In this document: in pieces, positions 25,601-38,200 of the stretch
How the letters are laid out: every line of letters starts with the position of its first letter
Numbering within the stretch: position 1 is the first letter of the stretch
The notes under the pieces: generated by a model
Seen by the model: the letters and a program-made list of their open reading frames with translations, nothing else
Database searches by the model: none
What the model was told of the DNA's origin: nothing
Translations under genes and position numbers: made by a program
Assembly: GCA_002189035.1 (NCBI GenBank)
Contig: NEEC01000055.1
Coordinates: 1 to 41,133 of the forward strand
Length of the DNA stretch: 41,133 nucleotides
Reading direction: 5' to 3'
DNA from: Utricularia gibba
Taxonomy: Eukaryota; Plantae; Magnoliophyta

Positions 25601-28600
25601 GTGGCCACGTCAAAATCATCACCGTTCGCAGATGTCATCGAGGATTTCCGGTATGTGCACCAGGCCACCATCTGAACAGTAATCCACACGATATGGCTCG
25701 GAACGAGCTCGTTTCTATATGGTGACGATCACTTTGCAAAAATCCACTCGACATCTCCCGAAGAGTGCACGAGGCCACCATGAGGATTGTGGCTAGGGAC
25801 ACACCATGGCATCTTAAATGATCATCTCGAAATCAAATTTCACATCGTGAAATACATATGTTTGCATGTCAAAAATCACATTCGCATCGAGTCAGGTGTC
25901 CCGAGTCACATTTGGCCACTTCGTTGCACATCTGAAGGCTAATATAAGGCAATCTTTCGAGCATGTGCCTCGGACGAACAAGTTCTCACACGAAAAAGAC
26001 CGGCTCGGAACGAGCTTCGAAACGGTATCAACATGACTCATCACCGAAGATATCCACTCGATACCGAAGAGTGCACGAGGCCACCATGAGGTTGTGGCTA
26101 GGGACACACCATGGCATCTTAAATGATCATCTCGAAATCGTCCATGAAATACATATGTGCATCAAAAATCACATTCGCATCGAGTCAAGTCACATTTCGC
26201 GAACGTGGTGGCCACTTCGTTGCACATCTGAAGGCTAATATAAGGCAATCTTTCGAGCATTTGTGCCTCCTCGGACGAACAAGTTCTCAACACGAAAGAA
26301 GACGGCTCGGAACGAGCTTCGAAACGGTATGCAACATGACTCATCACCGTTGCAAGATATCCACTCGATACCGAAGAGTGCACGAGGCCACCATGAGGTT
26401 GTGGCTAGCACACCTGGCATCTTAAATGATCATCTCGAAATCCAAATTTCATCGATGAAATACATATGTTTTGCATGTCAAAAATCACATTCGCATCGAG
26501 TCAGTGTCCCGAGTCACATTTCGCGAACGTGGTGGCCACTTCGTTGCACATCTGAAGGCTAATATAAGGCAATCTTTCGAGCATTTGACGAACAAGTTCT
26601 CAACACGCCGGCTAACGAGCTTGTATCAACATGAATCACATGATACCCACGAGTCAGGTGTCTTAAATGATCATCTCGAAATCCACATCGTCCATGTTTT
26701 GCATGTCGTCACATATGAGTCAAGTCACATTTTCGTCACATCTGAAGGCTAATATAAGGCAATCTTTCGAGCATTTGTGCGCATCGAGTCAACGGTGTCC
26801 CGAGTCACATTTTCGCGAACGTGGTGGCCACTTCGTTGCACATCTGAAGGCTAATATAAGGCAATCTTTCGAGCATTTGTGCCTCCTCGGACGAACAAGT
26901 TCTCAACACGAAAGAAACCCTCGAACGAGAACACGAGGCCACCATGAGGTTGTGGCTAGAAACGGTATGCTATGTGCAACATGACTCATCATCCATTTGC
27001 AAGATACATCCACTCGATACCGAAGAGTGCACGAGGCCACCATGAGGTTGTGGCTAGGGACACACCATGGCATCTAAATGATCATCTCGAAATCCAAATT
27101 TCACATCGTCCATGAAATACATATGATGTGCATTCAAAAATGGTGGCCACTTCGTTGCACATCTGAAGGCTAATATAAGCAATCTTTCGAGCATTTGTGC
27201 CTGTCGGACGAAGTCTTGCATGTCATCACACGAAACATTGCGCCACTCGAGATCAGCTGAAGGCTACATTTCGAGGCAACATCTGGTGGCCACTTCGTTG
27301 CACATGAAGGCTAATTTCTTTCGAGCATTTGTGCCTCCTCGGACGAACAAGTTCTCAACACGAAAGAAGAGGGCCGAGAACGAGACTTCTATAACGATGC
27401 TCTCAAATGATCACCATTTGTATACATCGATCTCGATATGTATATCCACATGAGGGTTGTGAGCTAGCACACCCATGGCATCTTAAATGATCATCTCGAA
27501 ATGTCCCATCATATGTCTTGCATGTCGCATCGAGTCAGAACATCGAACGTGGTGGCCACTTCGTTGCACATCTGAAGGCTAATATAAGGCAATCTTTCGA
27601 GCATTTGTGCCTCCTCGGACGAACAAGTTCTCACACGAAAGAAATCGGCTCGGAACGAGCTCGAAACGGTATGTGGTGCAACATTTTCATCACCGTGAAG
27701 ATAATATAAGGCAATCTTTCGAGCATTTGTGCCTCCTACCGAAGACGAACACGAGGCTCAACACATGAGGTTGTGGCTAGGAACACCACAGCTTCGAAAC
27801 GGTACATGTCTATGTGCATTCATGTCTCGAAACTCACATCTGAAGGCTGGCAAGAGCATATCATCGAACAACCCAAGAGTGCACGAGGCCACCATGAGGT
27901 TGTGGCTAGGACACGGCATCGAAACGGTATGATATCACAAATGCGAAATTCACATCGAAAATGAAATACATATGTCGAGCATGAGCCTCCATCGATCATC
28001 TCGAGTCATGGTCATCCACATTCGAGTCACATTTTCGCGAACGTGGTGGCCACTTCGTTGCACATCTGAAGGCTAATATAAGGCAATCTTTCGAGCATTT
28101 GTGCCTCCTCGGACGAACAAGTTCTCAACACGAAAGAAGACCGGCTCGGAACGAGCTTCGAAACGGTATGTATGTGCAACATGACTCATCACCAAGATTT
28201 GATAAAGATATCCACTGGCGATACCGAAGAGTGCACGAGGCCACCATGAGGTTGTGGCTAGGCCACACACCGATGAAAGAAGACATCTTAAATGATCATC
28301 TCGAAATCCCGAAATTTCTACATCGTCGATGATGAATACATATGTCTTGCATGTCAAAAATCACATTCGCATCGAGTCAGGTGTCCCGAGTCACATTTTC
28401 GCGAAATTCGTTGCACATCTTCAGTTTGACGAATCTCACATAATTTAATGTGCAACATGACTCATCAAAGATGATTTCTAGAGGCGGAAATCGTCCGAGT
28501 CTTGCACAATTAAGGAACGTGGTGGCCACTTCGACATCTGAAGGCTAATCAATCTTTCGAGCCCTCCTCGGACGAACAAGTTCTCAACACGAAAAAGACC

Positions 28601-31133
28601 GGCAACATGACTCATCACCGTTTGCAAGATATCCACTCGATACCGAAGAGTGCACGAGGCCACCATGAGGTTGTGGCTAGGGACACACCCATGGCATCTT
28701 AAATGATCATCTCGAAATGTGCAACATGACTCATCACCATTTGTAAGATATCCACATCGATACACGAAGAGTTTCGAGGCCACCTCATGAGGTTGTGGCT
28801 AGCACACACACCGATGGCATCTTAAATGATCATCTCGAAATCGCGAAACTTTCACATCTGAAGGCTAATATAAGGCAATCTTTCGAGCATTTGTGCCTCC
28901 TCGGACGAACAAGTTCTCAACACGAAAGAACCGATGTTTTGCATGTCAAAAATCACATTCTCGAGTCAGGTGTCACCGATGACACATTTTTCGCGAACGT
29001 GGTGGCCACTTCGTTGCACATCTGAAGGCTAATATAAGGCAATCTTTCGAGCATTTGTGCCTCCTCGGACGAACAAGTTCTCAACACGCAACGAGGAAAC
29101 CAACATGGCAAGGATTGTGAGCTAGGGACACACCCATGGCATCTTAAATGATCATCTCGAAATCCAAATTTCACATCGTCCATGAAATACATATGTTTTG
29201 CATGTCACTTCGCATCGAGTCAGGTGTCCCGAGTCACATTGTGGTGGCCAAGAAGGCTAATCCAGCATCCTCCTCGGACGAACAAGTTCTCAACACGAAA
29301 GAAGACCGGCTCGGAACGAGCTTCGAAACGGTATGATATGTGCAACATGACTCATCACCGTTTGCAAGATATCCACTCGATACCGAAGAGTGCACGAGGC
29401 CACCATGAGGTTGTGGCTAGGACACACCATGGCATCTTAAATGATCATCTCGAAATCCGAAATTTCACATCGTCCATGAAATACATATATGTCAAAAATC
29501 ACATTCGCATCGAGTCAGGTGTCCCGAGTCACATTTTCGCGAACGTGGTGGCCACTTCGTTGCACATCTGAAGGCTAATATAAGGCAATCTTTCGAGCAT
29601 TTGTGCCTCCTCGGACGAACAAGTTCTCAACACGAAAAAAGACCGGCTCGGAACGAGCTTCGAAACGGTATTATGTGCAACATGACTCATCACCATTTGC
29701 AAGATATCCACTCGATACCGAAGAGTGCACGAGGCCACCATGAGGTTGTGGCTTGGCATCTTAAATGATCATCTCGGTCCATGAAATACATATGTCTTGC
29801 ATGTCAAAATCACATTCGCATCGAGTCAGGTGTCCCGAGTCACATTTCGCGAACGTGGTGGCCACTTCGTTGCACATCTGAAGGCTAATATAAGGCAATC
29901 TTTCGAGCATTTGTGCCTCCTCGGACGAACAAGTCTCAACACGAAAGAAGACTCAACGACGAAAGAAGAACGGCTCGGAACGAGCTTCGACACACCATGG
30001 CATCTTAAATGATCATCTCGAAATGTCCAACATGACTCACATCATCCATTTGTAAGAAGGCTAATATAAGGCAATCTTCGAGCATTTGTGCCTCCTCGGA
30101 CGAACAAGTTCTCAACACGAAAGAAGACCGGCTCGGAACGAGCTTCGAAACGGTATGATATGTGCAACATGACTCATGAAGGATTGTGGCTAGCACACAC
30201 ACCGATGGCATATGTCTTGCAAATGCATCGAGTCTCGAACATCCGAAACTTTCACATCGTCACATGACGAACAAGTTCTCAACACGAAAGAAGACCGGCT
30301 CGGAACGAGCTTCGAAACGGTATGATATGTGCAACATGACTCATCACCGTTTGCAAGATATCCACTCGATACCGAAGAGTGCACGAGGCCACCATGAGGT
30401 TGTGGCTAGAGATCAGGTGTCCCGAGTCATGTCATCACATTTCGCAGAACGTGGTGGCCACTTCGTTGCACATCTGAAGGCTAATATAAGGCAATCTTTC
30501 GAGCATTTGTGCCTCCTCGGACGAACAAGTTCTCAACACGAAAAAGACCGGCTCGGAACGAGCTTCGAAACGGTATGGTATGACTATTGTGCCAACATGA
30601 CTCATCACCATTTGTAAGATATCCACTCGATACCGAAGAGTGCACGAGGCCACCATGAGGTTGTGGCTAGCCACACACCGATGCATCTTAAATGATCATC
30701 TCGAAATCCGAAATTTCACATCGTCACATGAAATACATATGTTTTGCATGAAAAAAATCTCGGAACGAGCAGGAAACGGTACATATTCGCGACGTCACCG
30801 TTTGTTATCCTCGATAATAAAGGCAATCTTTCGAGCATTTGTGCCTCCTCGGAAACATTCGCATCGAGTCAGGTCGAGTCACATTTTCGCGAACGCAACA
30901 TTCGTTGCATTTGAAGATATATAATAATCTTTCGAGCATTTGTGAGGTTGTGGCTAGCCGGATGGCTCTTAATGATATGTCCGAACACACGTTTGAAGAT
31001 ATATGTACCGAAGAGTGCACGAGGCCGAGAGGTTGTGGCACATTGGCGAACGTGGTGAAACCGTTTTCATCGTCCATAATACAGGTTTGCTTCAAGCACA
31101 TTGCCTCGGACGAACCGTTCACACACGAAAAAA

Positions 31134-31175
31134 GACCGGCTCGGAACGAGCTTCGACCGGCTCGGAACGAGCTTC
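31134..31175 (+). repeat. Perfect 21-bp tandem micro-duplication (GACCGGCTCGGAACGAGCTTC x2)
   Basis: Copies lie at 31134-31154 and 31155-31175. Confidence 0.9.
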
Positions 31176-31588
31176 GAAACGGTATGCTATGTGCAACATG
31201 ACTCATCACCATTTGCAAGATATCCACTCGATACCGAAGAGTGCACGAGGCCACCATGAGGTTGTGGCTAGCCACACCGGGCATCTTAAATGATCATCTC
31301 GAAATCCGAAATTTCACATCGTCCATGAAATACATATGTTTTGCATGTCAAAAATCACATTCGCATCGAGTCAGGTGTCCCGAGTCACATTTTCGCGAAC
31401 GTGGTGGCCACTTCGTTGCACATCTGAAGGCTAATATAAGGCAATCTTTCGAGCATTTGTGCCTCCTCGGACGACAAGTTCTCAACACGAAAGAAGACCG
31501 GCTCGGAACGAGCTTCGAAACGGTATGCTATGTGCAACGAACAAGTTCTCACACGAAAAAGACCGAACGAGCTTCGAAATGGTATGCT

Positions 31589-31680
31589 CAAGATATCCAC
31601 TCGATACCGAAGAGTGCACGAGGCCACCATCACCATTTGCAAGATATCCACTCGATACCGAAGAGTGCACGAGCCACCAT
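31589..31680 (+). repeat. ~51-bp tandem micro-duplication (CAAGATATCC...GGCCACCAT)
   Basis: CAAGATATCCACTCGATACCGAAGAGTGCACGAG starts at 31589 and again at 31640, and the junction reads GGCCACCAT|CACCATTTG. Confidence 0.85.
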
Positions 31681-32299
31681 GAGGTTGTGGCTAGGGACAC
31701 ACGTTGCATGGCATGACTCATCACCATTTGTAAGATTAAATGATCATCGCATCGAGTCAGGTGTCCTGAGTCCACTTCGTTGCACATCTGAAGGCTAATA
31801 TAAGGCAATCTTTCGAGCATTTGTGCGTCCAACGAGCTTCGAAACGGTGAAATGCACGAGGCCACCATGAGGTTGTGCTAGCCACACACCCATGGCACAT
31901 ATGCATTTGTGCATGTCAAAAATCACATATGCTTTGTGCAACATGACTCATCACCATTTGTAAGATCGAGGCCACCATGAGGTTGTGGCTAGCCACACAC
32001 CGATGCATCTTAAATGATCATCTCGAAATCCGAAATTTCACATCGTCGCATGAAATACATATGTTTTGCATGTCAAAAATCACATTCGCATCGAGTCAGG
32101 TGTCCTGAGTCACATTTTCGCGTGGCCACTTCGTTGCACATCTGAAGGCTAATATAAGGCAATCTTTCGAGCATTTGTGCCTCCTCGGACGAACAAGTTC
32201 TCAACACGAAAGAAGACCGGCTCGGAACGAGCTTCGAAACGGTATGATATGTGCAACATGACTCATCACCGTTTGCAAGATATCCACTCGATACCGAAG

Positions 32300-35200
32300 A
32301 GTGCACGAGGCCATGAGGTTGTGGCTAGGGACACACCATGGCATCTTAAATGATCATCTCGAAATCCGAAATTTCACATCGTCCATGAAATACATATGTT
32401 TTGCATGTCATCACATTCGCATCGAGTCAGGTGTCCCGAGTCACATTTTCGCGAACGTGGTGGCCACTTCGTTGCACATCTGAAGGCTAATATAAGGCAA
32501 TCTTTCGAGCATTTGTGCCTCCTCGGACGAACAAGTTCTCACACGAAAGAAGACCGGCTCGGAACGAGCTTCGAAACGGTATGCTATGTGCAACATGACT
32601 CATCACCATTTGCAAGATATCCACTCGATACCGAAGAGTGCACGAGGCCACCATGAGGTTGTGGCTAGGGACACACCATGGCATCTTAAATGATCATCTC
32701 GAAATCCAAATTTCACATCGTCCATGAAATACATATGTTTTGCATGTCAAAATCACATTCGCATCGAGTCAGGTGTCCCGAGTCACATTTTCGCGAACGT
32801 GGTGGCCACTTCGTTGCACATCTGAAGGCTAATATAAGGCAATCTTTCGAGCATTTGCCTCCTCGGACGAACAAGTTCTCAACGAAAGAAGACCGGCTCG
32901 GAACGAGCTTCGAAACGGTATGATATGTGCAACATGACTCATCACCGTTTGCAAGATATCCACTCGATACCGAAGAGTGCACGAGGCCACCATGAGGTTG
33001 TGGCTAGGGACACACCATGGCATCTTAAATGATCATCTCGAAATCCATCGTCCCATGAAATACATAGTTTGCATGTCAAAAATCACATTCGCATCGAGTC
33101 AGGTGTCCCGAGTCACATTTTCGCGAACGTGGTGGCCACTTCGTTGCACATCTGAAGGCTAATATAAGGCAATCTTTCGAGCATTTGTGCCTCCTCGGAC
33201 GAACAAGTTCTCACACGAAAGAAGACCGGCTCGGAACGAGCTTCGAAACGGTATGCTATGTGCAACATGACTCATCACCATTTGCAAGATATCCACTCGA
33301 TACCGAAGAGTGCACGAGGCCATGAGGTTGTGGCTAGCCACACACCATGGCATCTTAAATGATCATCTCGAAATCCGAAATTTCACATCGTCCATGAAAT
33401 ACATATGTTTGCATGTCAAAAATCACATTCGCATCGAGTCAGGTGTCCCGAGTCACATTTTCGCGAACGTGGTGGCCACTTCGTTGCACATCTGAAGGCT
33501 AATATAAGGCAATCTTTCGAGCATTTGTGCCTCCTCGGACGAACAAGTTCTCAACACGAAAGAAGACCGGCTCGGAACGAGCTTCGAAACGGTATGATAT
33601 GTGCAACATGACTCATCACCATTTGCAAGATATCCACTCGATACCGAAGAGTGCACGAGGCCACCATGAGGTTGTGGCTAGGGACACACCATGGCATCTT
33701 AAAATGATCATCTCGAAATCCGAAATTTCACATCGTCCATGAAATACATATGTTTTGCATGTCAAAAATCACATTCGCATCGAGTCAGGTGTCCCGAGTC
33801 ACATTTTCGCGAACGTGGTGGCCACTTCGTTGCACATCTGAAGGCTAATATAAGGCAATCTTTCGAGCATTTGTGCCTCCTCGGACGAACAAGTTCTCAA
33901 CGAAAGAAGACCGGCTCGGAACGAGCTTCGAAACGGTATGATATGTGCAACATGACTCATCACCATTTGCAAGATATCCACTCGATACCGAAGAGTGCAC
34001 GAGGCCACCATGAGGTTGTGGCTAGGGACACACCCTGGCATCTTAAATGATCATCTCGAAATCCGAAATTTCACATCGTCCATGAAATACATATGTTTTG
34101 CATGTCAAAAATCACATTCGCATCGAGTCAGGTGTCCCGAGTCACATTTTCGCGCGAACGTGGTGGCCACTTCGTTGCACATCTGAAGGCTAATATAAGG
34201 CAATCTTTCGAGCATTTGTGCCTCCTCGGACGAACAAGTTCTCAACACGAAAGAAGACCGGCTCGGAACGAGCTTCGAAACGGTATGATATGTGCAACAT
34301 GACTCATCACCGTTTGCAAGATATCCACTCGATACCGAAGAGTGCACGAGGCCACCATGAGGTTGTGGCTAGGGACACACCCATGGCATCTTAAATGATC
34401 ATCTCGAAATCCGAAATTTCACATCGTCCATGAAATACATATGTTTTGCATGTCAAAAATCACATTCGCATCGAGTCAGGTGTCCCGAGTCACATTTTCG
34501 CGAACGTGGTGGCCACTTCGTTGCACATCTGAAGGCTAATATAAGGCAATCTTTCGAGCATTTGTGCCTCCTCGGACGAACAAGTTCTCAACACGAAAGA
34601 AGACCGGCTCGGAACGAGCTTCGAAACGGTATGCTATGTGCAACATGACTCATCACCGTTTGCAAGATATCCACTCGATACCGAAGAGTGCACGAGGCCA
34701 CCATGAGGTTGTGGCTAGGGACACACCATGGCATCTTAAATGATCATCTCGAAATCCGAAATTTCATCGTCCATGAAATACATATGTCTTGCATGTCAAA
34801 AATCACATTCGCATCGAGTCAGGTGTCCCGAGTCACATTTTCGCGAACGTGGTGGCCACTTCGTTGCACATCTGAAGGCTAATATAAGGCAATCTTTCGA
34901 GCATTTGTGCCTCCTCGGACGAACAAGTTCTCAACACGAAAGAAGACCGGCTCGGAACGAGCTTCGAAACGGTATGATATGTGCAACATGACTCATCACC
35001 GTTTGCAAGATATCCACTCGATACCGAAGAGTGCACGAGGCCACCATGAGGTTGTGGCTAGGGACACACCATGGCATCTTAAATGATCATCTCGAAATCC
35101 GAAATTTCACATCGTCCATGAAATACATATGTTTTGCATGTCAAAAATCACATTCGCATCGAGTCAGGTGTCCCGAGTCACATTTTCGCGAACGTGGTGG

Positions 35201-38200
35201 CCACTTCGTTGCACATCTGAAGGCTAATATAAGGCAATCTTTCGAGCATTTGTGCCTCCTCGGACGAACAAGTTCTCAACACGAAAGAAGACCGGCTCGG
35301 AACGAGCTTCGAAACGGTATGCTATGTGCAACATGACTCATCACCGTTTGCAAGATATCCACTCGATACCGAAGAGTGCACGAGGCCACCATGAGGTTGT
35401 GGCTAGGGACACACCCATGGCATCTTAAATGATCATCTCGAAATCCGAAATTTCACATCGTCCATGAAATACATATGTTTTGCATGTCAAAAATCACATT
35501 CGCATCGAGTCAGGTGTCCCGAGTCACATTTTCGCGAACGTGGTGGCCACTTCGTTGCACATCTGAAGGCTAATATAAGGCAATCTTTCGAGCATTTGTG
35601 CCTCCTCGGACGAACAAGTTCTCAACACGAAAGAAGACCGGCTCGGAACGAGCTTCGAAACGGTATGAATGTGCAACATGACTCATCACCGTTTGCAAGA
35701 TATCCACTCGATACCGAAGAGTGCACGAGGCCACCATGAGGTTGTGGCTAGGGACACCCATGGCATCTTAAATGATCATCTCGAAATCCAAATTTCACAT
35801 CGTCCATGAAATACATATGTTTTTGCATGTCAAAAATCACATTCGCATCGAGTCAGGTGTCCCGAGTCACATTTTCGCGAACGTGGTGGCCACTTCGTTG
35901 CACATCTGAAGGCTAATATAAGGCAATCTTTCGAGCATTTGTGCCTCCTCGGACGAACAAGTTCTCAACACGAAAGAAGACCGGCTCGGAACGAGCTTCG
36001 AAACGGTATGCTATGTGCAACATGACTCATCACCGTTTGCAAGATATCCACTCGATACCGAAGAGTGCACGAGGCCACCATGAGGTTGTGGCTAGGGACA
36101 CACCATGGCATCTTAAATGATCATCTCGAAATCCAAATTTCACATCGTCCATGAAATACATATGTCTTGCATGTCAAAAATCACATTCGCATCGAGTCAG
36201 GTGTCCCGAGTCACATTTTCGCGAACGTGGTGGCCACTTCGTTGCACATCTGAAGGCTAATATAAGGCAATCTTTCGAGCATTTGTGCCTCCTCGGACGA
36301 ACAAGTTCTCAACACGAAAGAAGACCGGCTCGGAACGAGCTTCGAAACGGTATGTATGTGCAACATGACTCATCACCATTTGCAAGATATCCACTCGATA
36401 CCGAAGAGTGCACGAGGCCACCATGAGGTTGTGGCTAGGGACACACCCATGGCATCTTAAATGATCATCTCGAAATCCAAATTTCACATCGTCCATGAAA
36501 TACATATGTTTTGCATGTCAAAAAATCACATTCGCATCGAGTCAGGTGTCCCGAGTCACATTTTCGCGAACGTGGTGGCCACTTCGTTGCACATCTGAAG
36601 GCTAATATAAGGCAATCTTTCGAGCATTTGTGCCTCCTCGGACGAACAAGTTCTCAACACGAAAAAAGACCGGCTCGGAACGAGCTTCGAAACGGTATGC
36701 TATGTGCAACATGACTCATCACCATTTGCAAGATATCCACTCGATACCGAAGAGTGCACGAGGCCACCATGAGGTTGTGGCTAGGGACACACCATGGCAT
36801 CTTAAATGATCATCTCGAAATCCGAAATTTCACATCGTCCCATGAAAATACATATGTTTTGCATGTCAAAAATCACATTCGCATCGAGTCAGGTGTCCCG
36901 AGTCACATTTTCGCGAACGTGGTGGCCACTTCGTTGCACATCTGAAGGCTAATATAAGGCAATCTTTCGAGCATTTGTGCCTCCTCGGACGAACAAGTTC
37001 TCAACACGAAAGAAGACCGGCTCGGAACGAGCTTCGAAACGGTATGATATGTGCAACATGACTCATCACCGTTTGCAAGATATCCACTCGATACCGAAGA
37101 GTGCACGAGGCCACCATGAGGTTGTGGCTAGGGACACACCCATCTTAAATGATCATCTCGAAATCCAAATTTCACATCGTCCATGAAATACATATGTCTT
37201 GCATGTCAAAAATCACATTCGCATCGAGTCAGGTGTCCCGAGTCACATTTTCGCGAACGTGGTGGCCACTTCGTTGCACATCTGAAGGCTAATATAAGGC
37301 AATCTTTCGAGCATTTGTGCCTCCTCGGACGAACAAGTTCTCAACACGAAAGAAGACCGGCTCGGAACGAGCTTCGAAACGGTATGCTATGTGCAACATG
37401 ACTCATCACCATTTGCAAGATATCCACTCGATACCGAAGAGTGCACGAGGCCCATGAGGTTGTGGCTAGGGACACACCATGGCATCTTAAATGATCATCT
37501 CGAAATCCAAATTTCACATCGTCCATGAAATACATATGTTTTGCATGTCAAAAATCACATTCGCATCGAGTCAGGTGTCCCGAGTCACATTTTCGCGAAC
37601 GTGGTGGCCACTTCGTTGCACATCTGAAGGCTAATATAAGGCAATCTTTCGAGCATTTGTGCCTCCTCGGACGAACAAGTTCTCAACACGAAAGAAGACC
37701 GGCTCGGAACGAGCTTCGAAACGGTATGCTATGTGCAACATGACTCATCACCGTTTGCAAGATATCCACTCGATACCGAAGAGTGCACGAGGCCACCATG
37801 AGGTTGTGGCTAGGGACACACCCATCTTAAATGATCATCTCGAAATCCAAAATTTCACATCGTCCCATGAAATACATATGTTTGCATGTCAAAAATCACA
37901 TTCGCATCGAGTCAGGTGTCCCGAGTCACATTTTCGCGAACGTGGTGGCCACTTCGTTGCACATCTGAAGGCTAATATAAGGCAATCTTTCGAGCATTTG
38001 TGCCTCCTCGGACGAACAAGTTCTCAACACGAAAGAAGACCGGCTCGGAACGAGCTTCGAAACGGTATGATATGTGCAACATGACTCATCACCGTTTGCA
38101 AGATATCCACTCGATACCGAAGAGTGCACGAGGCCACCATGAGGTTGTGGCTAGACACACCATGGCATCTTAAATGATCATCTCGAAATCCGAAATTTCA

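Larger units (their letters stand above)
10600..32300 (+). repeat. Degenerate or scrambled domain of the same satellite (truncated, internally deleted and reshuffled monomer fragments mixed with some intact copies)
   Basis: Most of the sequence can be traced to monomer fragments in the same orientation. Spacing of the GAAGGCTAATATAAGG core becomes irregular (about 50-460 bp). Whether this is biological or an assembly artefact cannot be decided from the sequence alone. Confidence 0.8.

Noticed and set aside
25560-25750. Possible foreign insertion or TE fragment in the most diverged patches (also about 12650-12830 and 16260-16340)
   Set aside because: Monomer words are still traceable in order, and there are no terminal repeats, target-site duplications or TE coding remnants.
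14800-27900. CRISPR-like appearance: a conserved 44-bp core separated by variable sequence
   Set aside because: The intervening sequence consists of fragments of the same satellite, its length varies from about 50 to 400 bp, and there are no cas genes or leader.
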